Shown here piece after piece: positions 50,635-64,000 of a stretch of DNA of 64,000 nt. A program made the translations under genes and the position numbers. Every line of letters starts with the position of its first letter. Within the stretch, counting starts at the first letter, position 1. Below the pieces are notes generated by a model. The model was not told the origin of the DNA and searched no databases. It saw nothing but the letters and a program-made list of their open reading frames with translations. This DNA is from Balanoglossus misakiensis (lineage: Eukaryota > Animalia > Hemichordata), in the NCBI GenBank assembly GCA_040954595.2, contig CM082592.2, positions 5,756,308 to 5,820,307 of the forward strand, read 5' to 3'.

Positions 50635-53600
50635 TCAAGCCAGCGCATTTCATGCGACGCCCTTTGATCCTCCTTGAGGGTTTTTAAATGTTAAGCAAAA
50701 TTTGCGTTAACCTACTAAATAAGCCGAACTGCTCAGACGATGCGACGTGTCTACTGGAATCACACATTCTCTCTGGCCACATATAACAACAGCAACCGAT
50801 ACATGCGTCAGTTTCACGCCCAATCATCCGTCTAATGTGTTGATTTCCGGAAGAAAAAAAGATACTTTAAGAATATATTTGTGAACGAACATATAGCAAG
50901 GAAATAACTCCGGATAACTAAATCGCGGCAGGGGTTATTTACGCATGCGGGGGTCAACTGATGTGTCGAAATCTGATGCGTTTTACCTTGAAGCGGTGGA
51001 TGGGGTGGCGAGTGGATATAATATAATAACCACTTTGGATCATTTCAGTTCGTGAGTTTTGCGGCTTATTTAACAATGTATACTGTCTGTGATAGCTCAA
51101 ACCATAGTTGGGATCTAGCCAATTGCAGATTTTCAACTGGGTGGCCATGCGCAGGAAACAGCGCACAGCCACATTTGAAGACTTGGACATGCCCTATACC
51201 ATATATGTAAACCAGAGAAATAATTGTATCCATAAAAAAACGATGTCGCATCGATATTCAGTCCAGTCGTTTTTAAAAGACATGTACTTTTTTAATTGTC
51301 TAGAATAATAATTATGTCTGGTAAACCACGGGCTGTAAAACACGATTACATATGCATAACTACAGCCTCTTTACTACATATTATGGCAATTCAATTATTA
51401 CTTGTCTGACTGTTATTGTCTGGTCACGTGACCCTTTGTCGTTAGGTATGACCCGTTATTGAATAATAGATTCATTGTATCATCGCGGTTCGATTTTGTG
51501 TGTCGGGATGATACTTCATTGTGTCCGTACACGTCCTTTTGCATTCGGCCCCCGCGGCCTCTCTGCGCGGAAAGAGTTTTGATGTTTGGACAGAAAACAC
51601 TCGGAACTCACAAAGAGAATCCGCGCGCGGTAGTTGGTTGGTTGATGGGTGTGTGTGATTTCAGCGAAAAGGGACTATGCGTTACTCATTTTATTTCATT
51701 TTCCATTGAAATAATATTGTGTGACACGCCAATAGATGATTTTCCGCTCGCCGCGAGATCTCGCGAGACTTGTTTACCATCGCAACGGGTTGTAGCCAAG
51801 TAATATCAAGTCAAGTTTTGTGTTCAACTAAACGAGTGCAGAGTTTGACAAAATGTGTGACAAAAATACCTAGCCGCGCAAAATGTCGCAGAGTCTCGCG
51901 GAGTTCGGAAATGGTCTATTGCAGTGCTGTCTGGGTGGACTTGGTGAAGCTTGACCTTCGACCCTGCTTTCGTAACAACAGAAGAAAACAAAGACAACGC
52001 GCCAACCAATCAGTATGCATGACAATGTGTTATGCATATTAATCCAGAGGCATGTGCATTGTGGTTAACACATTCCAAAACGCGCTAATTCTGTGATAGA
52101 TTATCGTCTTTGACGCAAAATGAAAGCACACAGCGGCGCTCCACACGACGGAGATACGAATATTGCGAGAGTAAAACGATCGGAAGACCACAGGAGGGCC
52201 TGTTTGACCGTCGGTTGACTGTCTCAAATTTCCGGAATATTTGGCCTACAAATTATGAGAAAGATTGGCTTACACATAAAATATTAAATGTGATGATCAA
52301 TGATGTTATTTTTCAATAAATGAAATTTTGGTCCAGATACGATTACTAATAGTCGGATAACTCCCCCCCCCCCCTAAAAAAAATAAGCCCTTTTAGATTC
52401 TGTAGACTCTTGTTGACCGGGCAAAGCGTTTAGTATTAATTCCCTCTACATAGAGCAAATACCGCAAATGTAAGAGTGAGAACGTTAACGGATATGACAC
52501 AAACGGCGATCCGGCGCTTGGCATAACAGATAAATCATTGAATTACGCTGTGTGATTGTGCCAGAGAATTTCGTCATACAACTGTGAAGAATTATATCTT
52601 TTTTCACAAACGTACCAACAACTTCTTCAATTCGGGTCATTGCCAGTGCGTCATACCCGTACTCAACCAACAAAAACTGATCGGAGACCTGTGCCCTTCG
52701 CCGCCGTAAAATTTACACACAGCGAACCCAATCTGCCTTGTGCAACAGTTACTGAAATGGATCGCGGCAGACTCCATTAGGGACAAGATAAGTGGCGTGA
52801 CTGCATCTGGGCGGACTTTTTAATAAAGTAGCGTGACCTCCTGAACGACAGGCGTTTTATCGCCGTATTAACCCACTTAAGGCGATTTACTCCGGGGTCA
52901 GAGGTGACCGTATATAATTTCAACGAAAGTATGGTTTAGATTAATGTCGGGGGAAGGTTTTTAGCGCGCAGTGGCAACGTACGCGCTCCAGTGCTTGCTA
53001 ACTGAATGGACTGGAATCACTCATATGGAACGACATACTGTTTACTTACAACTTTCAAACACCTTTCCCCGTATGTTCTGTTCAAGTGCATACCTGTCCT
53101 CTGTCTGTGTGTCTGTATGTCTGTCTGTCTATCTTGTATATGTCTGCCTGTGTTTGAGAGACATTGCGTATTGGCGACTTTGTTTCAGAATTGTTGAATA
53201 CATAGAATTTTTTACCACACAGATGCGCACAGCTGTGATGGACTGAGAAAGTTAATACAATTAAACACCTAACCACCACCACCACCCCCACCACCACCAT
53301 CAAATGACAAATTATTACGTTATTTACGCCGCAGTACAACTACTTAATGAAACGTGAAGCAACGATCACTGACCTGTTACATATATGCTTGACCCGAACG
53401 GTGTTGTCTTTCAAACAAAACAAAAAAGTTAACTGCCATCATCGTTGCATTTCAATTAGCAAACGGATTGCAAGAAAAACCCTGCAAGTCATATTTACTG
53501 CGAGGGTCGATATCGAAATGATCGTCGACGCAAGGACCACTCACGGTCGGGAAAGTACACCGATACCCTGTTGCAGACGATGATGCTAATATCAATATTT

Positions 53601-55307
53601 TTGCGAATCTTGATTGAAATACTTAAGAGCTAACTGGATCATTAGGACGGGATCACCCATGGCGATCAGTATCATTTACCCATTAACGTCACAGACCATC
53701 TGGGGACATCAGTCAAGTAATTCGCGATCGAGCTCCGGCAGATTGAGATTTGCTCAAACACAAATACGTCCACGATGCGTGAGGCAAATTCTTTCACGGG
53801 ATTGGAACTTTGAGCCACGAAATAGTCAAGCGAGACCTGTCACTGCACAGTCCGGACTGAAGACACGCGTTAGATGCATAGCCCCTCGGGAGACAGTAAA
53901 CATAGCGCAACAACCAGAAACGCATTTCTCGATTTCCAATGGTGCGGGCAGAAGCCATTGGTTCTATCACGTACTTGAAAGGAGGGATAGGCTTAGTGAA
54001 TGCACAGCAGTGGGGAAAAACAAGAAACGAAGACGTGCAGTAGAAGTTCAATGATGTTATACTAAGATGCGAAACGCGCCGTGCTGTACAGAAATGTGAT
54101 GAACGTAGTCGATAAGAACTTGGCAGGGAATGGATAAAATTGGCCGTTTTATAGATAACACATGTCTCTTCATTAATGACTGACGATGAGGCCTCCATAC
54201 GTACGTCAGTCAAAATAGTTCGTTTGAAATAACGGATTTCCATGGATTCAGTCACGTTTCCTTTACACATGGTTCTGCATGTGGCTATATCAGAATTATC
54301 GCGAAACAAATACCCGCGTGTGTTTTATTCTCATGACCGCTCTGGGGGAAAATAATCGGTTCCGGCATGTCTGAGTGATGTTACTTGCCGTGAGCAAATG
54401 TACGAACGACTGCCTGGCGGCCATATTGAATATGTACATGAATTGGGACGTTTGATTGTGGCCACATCGCATATGTACTGCGCTGTTGGTTTACACGAAT
54501 ATATGAGCTTTGCGTTGGAGTGGATCGAGCATAACTTTTGCTGAGTCGAAAACTTCAGTCAAAGGTCAATCGCTAAATTCATGGATTGCGTTTTAGGATA
54601 ATAAAGCTGTGGTATCTTATCTCATTTAACCGTGACACGCACTAGACTCGTTGACTCAAGAACGGCTCTACACAGACCATTCCAAGAGATGATCTTCATT
54701 CCAAGACTATTAATGTAGTTAGCGCAGGACTTCCGCCGCAGAAAAAACGACGTAATGGCCTAATCCAATTCTTCCGATCATTAATTCGAGGTCGTTGGCT
54801 GTTTTTAATGACTTAACTTCGCCTAATGATTATTTTCTGAGTGGGATCTGTGTCCTGTTAGACAAAACGACGCGAGATAAAAAATCAATATAAATGGCCT
54901 CTTCATAAACGTAAATGAGTCCACTTGTAGTCTGAGTCACACGAGCGTGATCTGACAGTTTGAATACTTGTGTGTTCCGTACCGAGTCAATAAGCCGACG
55001 TAAAAAGTGTGTTCAGCAAATACAAACGATTGACAAACTTCCGCCTTAATTAATCTAATGGAGCTCCGAGAATCTCCGGTACTTGATTCAATTTCTTCGT
55101 AGCGCGAGGCCTGGCGATACAATGATCAAAGAAAGTTTTAGTATAGTATTGCTTCCAAATTTATCTTCATAATCGACTCTCTTATTTTGTTGGTGCGGTG
55201 CTGGGGAGGACACGGCAACTCAGAGAGTAATGCTGAACTTGATGCGGCGTAATCATTGACTTTCCGGTCTCGTTGACTTTTATGAGTCTGAGCCTTACGA
55301 CATCTAA

Positions 55308-56119
55308 GGCTGCATTCACAAACACCTCTGGAGGGGGGGGCAGGAGAATTGAGGGGGGGATTTGAAAAAATTGAGGGTATGTAAGGGGGGGGATTTGAAA
55401 TAATTTAGGGACTGAAAGGGGGGGACTTGAAAACTTTAACGACTAAATATTTATTTTGAGTCCACAAAAATGCAGTTTCGCACCCTTTAATTTACAAAAT
55501 TTTCTAATGTGGGAGGGGGACACCCCCTCCCACACCCACCCCCTCCATTCATCAACACCTTTCAATCATTGACTGGTTTATCTAGTGTCCCAGGTCAGGG
55601 GACTTGCCCCACCCCATGATAACTTTGAGCGGCGACGGTTAAATTTGTCCTCCCCAACATACCGGTAGTTGAGTTAATTTGCTTTTGCCGGGTTCATTAA
55701 AATGCAGCTTTGAGCTCTGTATTTTAGAAAATTTTCTTACGTGGGAGGGGGACACCCCCTCCCAAACCCACCCCCTTCAATTCTCGGTGTACAATGTCTC
55801 CCAACACAGAATACAAATATATGTACTTAAAAAATAAAAACAATAAAAACAATGTTCAGTTTTAATACCCACTGATGAGGGGAAACATCAGTTTCAAATT
55901 CTTTTCATGGGAGCGCTGTTTTTCTTTTTACAAGATAGATAGGTGATGTGTTTTGCTCTGTGAAAGAAAATGGGGGGGGGGGGGATTTCAAAATTTTGGC
56001 AGTTCGGAAGGGGGGGATTTGAAAATATTCGCGTTGTGCACGGGGGGCATGTGAAAATTAGCGGTAAAAAAAATGGAATTCTCCCGCCCCCCCCTCCAGA
56101 GGTGTTTGTGAATGCAGCC
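55308..56119. mobile_element. PIF/Harbinger-type (Tourist-like) MITE, 812 bp
   Basis: Perfect TIR of over 30 bp, GGCTGCATTCACAAACACCTCTGGAGGGGGGGG; TAA TSD at 55305-55307 and 56120-56122; no coding capacity; internal duplicated GTGGGAGGGGGACACCCCCTCCCA. Confidence 0.92.
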
Positions 56120-57796
56120 TAAAGGGTTATTGCTGACATCTGTTCCCGTTGTCTCTTATTTTAAAAATCTCGGATCTGAAAGATTTGAAATAACCGGCCC
56201 GGGAAACTTGACGACGTCGGCAAATCTCAAGATTACAGCTAAATCCCTAGTTCTCTTTTGGTGTTCTAAGTAACAGTATCCTAAATGAAAGTTCGCCTTC
56301 GTGAGTCGTGAAATTAAGTATACAAAGGGTCTGGACAGGATCTCGCCTTTTTGAGTTCGTGAAATGAGATTTACGTAGGGTTTGGACAGGATCTAGAAAA
56401 ACTGCATAGTTACTTTTTAAAATACCACATTCAAGGAAAATTCAATATTACCCCTCTGAATTCCCACTGTGTTAAAGCATTGCCTCTTTACGACATTCTT
56501 CGGTTTTTCTAACTCGACACAACGAACACTCAGACTGTTAACATAATACGATCCTCCAGCGCGACATTATGTGATAACTATTTAGGTCGACCTGGCTTAG
56601 GTTCATATCAAAACAAAGTCTATCTTCTGGGTCGAAAACAAGAACACTGGGTCATTTCGGTTCAACAAATTAACACCGTTTACTTGTTAACACCACCAAA
56701 TTGTGGTAGAATCGTTCAAAAGTAAGGATGTGCCATTTGAGATTTATTTTGGGTCATGTGCATAATGTCTACGGGCGTGACGGCAATGTCTTTATTGCGT
56801 CTGGAAATGTCATGAGTTTTTGTTATGTGGATTTGGTGGAATTCGAGGCCACGTCAACATACTCCCGTCAGTAATTTATAGGACGATTGTGAATCATAGT
56901 ATACATGTATACGAGACACTGCTTTCACCACATTGTATTGTGGGCCATCATCGTCCGATATACCTAATCTAATTTAGCGGGAAATGTGAACCTGAAACCG
57001 CGGATGGCACTTCACATAATTCACGGGACAGACAGCTGTGGTCAATATAAATCAGGGCGAGATCATGCGCGGGGTTTGTTTCGCGAATTCTACGGGACTC
57101 CTTCAAGTATTCCGGCGCGGCAAGTCAGCGAACTGGCAGACAGGAAAGTTGGGTAACGTTATGAAGCAACCCCTGACGGAGATTTAATGAAGCGTCGACA
57201 ATTGCATTCCCCGCCGGACACTATTTCCGTGGTTCATTCGTATAATATAGGCGGTCTTTCACCCCATGAATGGCAAAACCAAGTACATTCCTTTTTGTGT
57301 ATTAACGAGACACAATTGTCCCTCAAGGGATTAAAAATAAACGCTACACAAGATGGACAACTAGCAAAGAAAATTGCATTAATTTGGTTTCTTTTGACAA
57401 CTTCATAAAAGCTCTCGAGGAGGCAGGAGCAGTTTAAATCAATTTGTTTGATAAGGCTCTTCAAAAATTATATCAATTATGGTTGGTTGATCACATTTTG
57501 CCGAGTGATTCGACAAACAGCGGCACTTGCGTTTCACACACGGCGCCGTTGATGGAAAACGTCGCAATATGATGAAACGAACTAATAATGTACACGTATA
57601 TAAAGTGGTTTCCTGTTATGAATATATTTGCCAAGTTCAATACCAGCCGAATTATATCGTTTGCTCAAATGTCATCGCTAAGTACTTTCAGTTTCTGCGC
57701 GAGGCTTTTGTCACATTGGAACGGTGAGGGCCCAGCTGTTCTTTAGACTGGCGTCTTGTGCGCAAATAAACGACAGAGGCATCCTGATCATCCATC

Positions 57797-57870
57797 TATT
57801 CATTCATTCATTCATTCATTCGTTCGTTCGTTCGTTCATTCATTCATTCGTTCGTTCGTGTTCATTCGTT
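57797..57870. repeat. Compound (ATTC)n/(GTTC)n microsatellite
   Basis: Directly visible tetranucleotide runs. Confidence 0.9.
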
Positions 57871-60044
57871 GCGTGCGAGTTACTGCGGCGAGGTCCTTCA
57901 CACAAGACATATTTACTCAAAAGTGTAATAACATTCGCAAAGCGTCCTTGTGTGTTCGGTGAACCTGTAAATCTGGGTAGGCTCGTAAATTTGGTTATCT
58001 ACGGGGAATTTGAACGACTTGATATGTGTCAGGGATTTCCTGGGGGCATTCGATCACATGAATGCATAATTGCAAGACATCTGAAGAAATTGCCTCACAA
58101 ATTGAGTATGGAAAGAAACGTTAAATAAACATATATGATCGGATATCGTTTTCAATAATACAATATTAAACATAGACTTTAGTACAAGACATAGTTTGAG
58201 CACGTTTCCTTACTTCGGACTGCCGATACATTAGGATCACTGCTACGGTACTAGCTACGGCAATAGCTTTGTTCCTAAAATTCATCTATAATCGGACTGG
58301 AAACGTTTAATATTTCTATTGTTTCCTATAGCGAGCTTAATGGATCTCTGCCAGTCTCGGAGGGCCTTCGTCATCAATGGACATTCTCTGCAGCGGATGA
58401 AGGACGCGGATGCAAGAGACCCCGCGTGGGAGGGCCGGGGCATCCCAAGACAGGGCTGTCATCGATATATCATTCGGACAACATTCAGACCAATGTCACA
58501 TATTATCATCATCACTATTTGAAACCCGAGAACGCATTATTGTATTTCTCTTATCCTTGATATTTTTTCAGAGATGGCAATACTATTTATGTACGCGAAG
58601 GCCAGACCGATTCCGCAGAATTTGGAAAGCGCGTCGATTTGGCTGAGTTGGGCTAGAAAATAGGGCGGGACCGCAAGCCTTGGAAGGCGTGGAGTTGATA
58701 ACGGACCGCTTAGCAATTTTAACTTTGCAGTGGCTATATCTTTTGACTATATTTTTTGTGAACGACATTCGTTCGTACAGGTGCAGTTTCATTGATAACT
58801 TTCCCAATTATCGTTTTCCCTAACAGTTTGGCAATAACCTAGCTCGATTAGCGTTATTGTACAGTGGGTGGCCGAAAAAAAATGGCGGCTGACTGTAGGT
58901 GAATGCCTCATACAGCTATTTTGATCGTAGAATGAGCTTTGGCGTACACCAGGGAAAAATTTGATCGTGTAACTGTGTTTTTCTCGGTCGCAGGGTCTCC
59001 ATGGGCTGGTCTGTGCGTGCCGAACAATGGCTGTGAAATTTCATGAGGTCGAGATATCCCGAGAAACATCAATCGGCTATATCAGACAACCGACCAACCA
59101 ACAAACAGACAGACAGACCAGCTGACCGATTGACCCTCACAGCTGAAAGCCAGAGTGTAGAAATAATCGTCAATAATTAATCGTAACATTTCATCGGAAT
59201 CCGAGTCGTACTTCTTTCGCGGTGGTGCGTTAACCCGTAACAAATGTTCTCAGCCTGAAAAGTAGGCCATGTACGATTGACAGGCGAGTCTAATAAAGCG
59301 TGTTGTTTATGTTTTATTTAGCTTTTATTTCGAGACGAGTTTTGGAATCTATCAAGAATTGCAGACGCCTTTCCATGACTGTATTAAAAGTACATCATAA
59401 TCTTACGAGATTCAAATTATGTTTTTGGTGATTTGAAAATTGACCTACACTTAAAGCGCGTGAATAAGGTAATTAACGCAGGGCGCTCGTTTCGAGGTTT
59501 ACAGTCTTAGGCCCGTTCCCTTGCACCCAAATATGATTTTTTTACTCAGAAATTTTGTTTTGATTCAGCCAGGCTGCAATTTCGAATTCATGCTCAGGTT
59601 TCCCAAGGTCAAATTTGCAATTTACTGTGGACACGTTAATGAATATTAATGACCATCGCCCGCCAAGTCAATCGTAAAATTTTGAATATTTAAACATGCG
59701 TCCATTTTGAAAGTAGAATAATAAAATCGTTATCAAGTTTCCAGTAATCGTGTACTCTTACACTGTTTTGGAATGGATGCTAAAGCTTGGCTGACAACCA
59801 TAGCGATGACAAAGAGTATATTTGTGACGAAATATAAAGAGTAGAAAGCATGTACTGCGGATTTGTTACGCGAAGACGAGTGGCGAGGTAAATTAATCAA
59901 GTAGTCATGCAACGCTAGACTAACTCCACTTTGATTTAGGGCGGTGTGTATTGACACGCGAGGACGTAAACGAGAGGCCCGCACACTTGTCACGATTCAT
60001 CACCCCCATTTTTTCAAGGACTTCTGAGTAAATAACACCAGTTT

Positions 60045-60070
60045 GTGGTGGTGGTGGTGGTGGTGGTGGT
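60045..60070. repeat. (TGG)n microsatellite
   Basis: About 8 TGG units. Confidence 0.85.
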
Positions 60071-63000
60071 TGACAGATGTGCGCGCATGCAGCGTAGTTG
60101 CATGGTGCATGCCTACACAACTGCAAAATTCGTATGATTTGACGGAGCGGATGAATTTCGGCAATCCTCGACAAACCACTCAAACGAAGGTGACCTGTGT
60201 ATGTGTAAATATCACAAAAAATCCACAAGAGAATGTGCTAATATCACAAAAAGTTCCGACACAAGAAAATGTGTAAATATCACAAAATCACGCACTACTA
60301 GAGAGATAAGTTGAGCAGCAGGGCAACGATTTGAATATTTTATGCTCACTTGAGAGTTTAGGGAAATCAGCAGATGCGTTAATCATAACACAAAGTGGCG
60401 AGGGCCACATTCCACTTCAGTGATTGAAAACGTCTCAAATAAATCCATGTCGCTCGAATGTTTTGGCGACTCGGGGTTCATCATACGTGCGCGGCAGCTG
60501 ACATAACGATGACGTCGGGTTAAGAGCATCTCCGACAGTGTGACGTCGCAGCTTGACAGCGACCGTCTCACGTCGGCTCTGATTCGGGAACAGACGATAC
60601 AACGAGCTCAGTCGGTGACAAGTGCGTGACCGATGAACCGTCTTTGGAACTTGTGAGAAATAAACCCGATTTGGCCCAACAGAAGTTACTCAATCACCCG
60701 GATGATCCCCAACCTCAACATGAATTTGCTATTAGCGTACAACAGATAGTCTCGTCCGTGGAATATCGCGAAAGCCTGTGTATACATACACGCGGACCAC
60801 ACTGCGAGTGCACTATTAAACGCACGCGGGGACGGGTTAATTCTTAACGCTCTCAAACCCCAGCAAGCGAAAAATACATAGTTGACTTCACAGTGGAGCT
60901 GTCAGTAGCCACGATATGATTGCTTTATGGTGACGAGGCCAGGAATTAGGTGGAGATAAAACAACCCAACTGAGACAGTCGTTCGGAAAGCCTCATAGTC
61001 AGATTTCCCCGAGTCAACAGTTTCTATGTCGACAGGAAAGGTTTATTACGAAAACGTGCACTTTTAGTTTAATATATGCCAGGATAGCTCTCTCAAGCGA
61101 ATTCACGTCACTGAAAATCTCCAAAGACACGACAGCAATCTCGCAGGACGGACACATTTTGTATATCATCTTTTTTTAATATTTTATGTTTACCCATATA
61201 TTGATCTATTTTTTCATCCTTCTTTCTGTCCAATGCCGTTAAAACGTACTTAAAGTTACCGTCTAACACAGAATGAATACTATTGTAAACAGGATTTGTT
61301 GGACGTGAGCGGAATGTAAAATTTATGTGTCAAAGTTGCCTGGTAAAACGAGCCTTGACACTTAAGATTACGATCTGGACACACGCTGTTCTCGAGAGAC
61401 ACTTTTGACTTATTAATTTCGACAACCGCATACAGATTCTCGTGCAATATATTTTTACGTCTAATTTTTTTGTCGGAGACGTGGAAATCGGCTCAATAAT
61501 TTTTCAATAATATTTCCTAGTTAAAATTCAATCAACTATGGCGCAATAGTATGGTATGGTTACTGTCAGTTTTACAATTGCTGATGTAGGCTGATTGTTT
61601 TCCCTAAAAAATTAAGCTCGTCGTAAATATTACTTTTCGATGAATGCAGGGGGTTTATGCTGTATGGTGGGAGGGGGGAGGGGGCAGAGAGAGAGAGAGG
61701 GGGATGAGGCCTATAGCAGAACACTATATGGATTACAAGGAAAATGTCGTTTACTGCGTAGTGATCAGCATTGAGGAAACTGTATTATTCTAACGTCGAT
61801 AAAGTATTGATCAAGCGTCTTTCCTATCATTCGCGGCCATTTTTTTCCGTTGAATGGGCGTGGTCACAGAGAACTCCAGTAATCAATTTACACGAGCCAC
61901 GCGTGTACAATACAGGATTGGGTTCCCCCGCGCACGAAACGGATGACGTTGAAGGAAGGCGACTGCTCTACGTCTCCGGGGTGTGTTCGCTCGGCTTAGC
62001 ATCCGAAATATTCCGGAAGAAGGGGTTAACATCGCCGGGAATATCACAAATGAATGATAAAGGATCCGTTGTGATGTAAATTGAGCCCTAAAATAAATTT
62101 TCCACTCGGTTATTTCTGAACAAGACAGTCAATGGCTGTAGCAGCGGAACACAACAGAACATTGCCGCAGCAATACGCCACTTTGAATGTTAACATTTTA
62201 ACATTTGTTTGGCACTATAATTGCACAAAACATTTTTGCTTGAATAAACATCGTGATGAAACAAGGCTTCGCCACAGGCTGATCTATCATTCATGTTGCT
62301 TGTCGAAGTGACTCATTCAGGTCAGGATTTTCCGTTTTTTAGTTTATAACACCATCCTAAAACAGGCTCACTTCTGATCGGTCAGTAGAAATCGAGCGTT
62401 TTCGGTTTTGTGGGTTGCGTCCCATCAAATTATGGTATTGGACAGGTTAACAGATATTTAACAGTTCCTCTCTGCCGACAAAAATCCGGTTACAGCCAGT
62501 TTACCTGGCCAAATGGACAACTTTCATGGAAAATATGTCGTGTTTACCCTCGCACTGCCGCTGACAACTCCCCGAGATAAAAGCCCCCTTCGCAAATTCG
62601 ATAAACTGCCTTTTCAGGTATGTCGCACGTCCTCCCGAACTATAGAAACGCAAGCTGGTCACGTGATCAGGCCAACACTGGCCTGTTTGCCCAGCTGTCA
62701 CTTATGTGTGATTTACTGACAATTGGAAAATTGCGGCAGGGATCCTTTTTAATATAGCGGATCAAAATATGAGCTAACAAATGGGTGTCCTTTGCCATAT
62801 ACAAAAAATACAATAAAAGATTTAACTTCATTCGTAAACTCCGATCAAACAGAGACAAGCGAAATGTCGACGTCTGTTTGCACAATTCGATCCCCGCTTG
62901 AAAGACAGAATTTCCATCGGTGAGGCAAACCTGAATCTGGAGTGACAATGTCACGGTATAAAACGCATGCCTCTCTAGAGCCGCGGGCTCCTGCACGAGC

Positions 63001-64000
63001 TGCCACTTTTTCGCATTATTTTCACGATTTCTACTTTCAAGCTTAAATTGGCCCATTTAAAATAAGCTCACTGATGGGTATACACAACGCATTATCGAAC
63101 TCCCATTGTGGCTGTGGTGCGTTTAAATGTGAACAAGTTAAATAATAAATGGACGCCGCATCCGTTTATTCAGCCTCTCGTTGCAAGAGTACACATCGTG
63201 GTATGCACATGCACACAAATCCAAAAAGGGTGCCATCCGTCGGCTAAGCGTAAGGAGAAGAGTGAGATATTTTATCGCTGAAAATGTGCTACAAGTGGCA
63301 TCTCGTGAGGCTTTAACGGGTCGTTAGATGTAACATTTGGCTATGTTTTCTCAGTATATTATGTGCTCATATCGTATAGCCCAAATCACAGCTCTACGCA
63401 GGTTTAGGTTAGACATCATTTGAGTGACAAAAATTGTTTCGGATTTGGTGTTGAAACATTTCAAACTTCAATCCAACCAGCGGTCTCTTTTTTCCATCCC
63501 TTGGCATTCTTGGACGAGTTCCAAACGCTAACACCGAACGTCCACAAAGTTTATTTGCACGTCGTCCCAATAATGTGAAGGCTGTTCCCCGGGTTTGTTG
63601 TTTCGGCCTCTCCTGAAATCATCGCGTTTTAATTGGAAAACACCGGGCGAGCTGTTGGCATAGACACCTACAATAACACGCGGGTCTCCCGGGACCAATC
63701 GCAAATAATTAAGCCTATACCTCTCCACTTAATTAATAACGCTGTGAGCGGGAGTGAATGGGCATGGCACACGCACTTTTTTCCCAGACCAATCCACATT
63801 CATTAAATGCCATTATGAATCAATTAAGGGCGATCATTAATTGACGCCGCGGGTTTACGTAACTCATCACCTTGATAGCGATTGCTTACAGTTGAGGTGT
63901 TGGGCATGACACGAGCGGTTGATATTCGATTGTGCGGCAGCCGGTTTCTGCCGAGGCCCAGGGTGTTGCGTGTAATTGCTCGGTGTTTGTCCCGCGGCTT

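Noticed and set aside
53614-54309. Overlapping 146-aa and 171-aa ORFs
   Set aside because: Non-ATG starts, no motifs; consistent with random ORFs.

Overview
Eukaryotic genomic DNA, probably from a marine invertebrate (inferred from spliced genes, a nicotinic receptor and the repeat types). Bases 1-17031 are a highly homogeneous 88-bp satellite array with higher-order block duplications. A 5'-truncated LINE with an 11-bp TSD follows. Next is a + strand tandem cluster of alpha-carbonic anhydrases (CA) sharing one exon architecture: an orphan leader cassette, CA-A (signal peptide plus GPI-type tail), CA-B (signal peptide, TAG just before a still-recognisable GPI-type tail) and CA-C (no signal peptide found, ends in the CaaX motif CAVL, has a GC-AG intron). 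An intronless Golgi-type sulfotransferase is nested antisense in CA-C intron 3. A convergent nicotinic acetylcholine receptor subunit (- strand) combines an alpha-type YxCC loop C with an alpha5/beta3-like M2; its first exon was not located. From about 49.5 kb the window is apparently non-coding and contains a PIF/Harbinger MITE. The best candidate for an undescribed system is the CA cluster, whose paralogs appear targeted to three compartments: outer membrane face, secreted, and inner membrane face by prenylation. All exon models were read by eye and have no transcript support.
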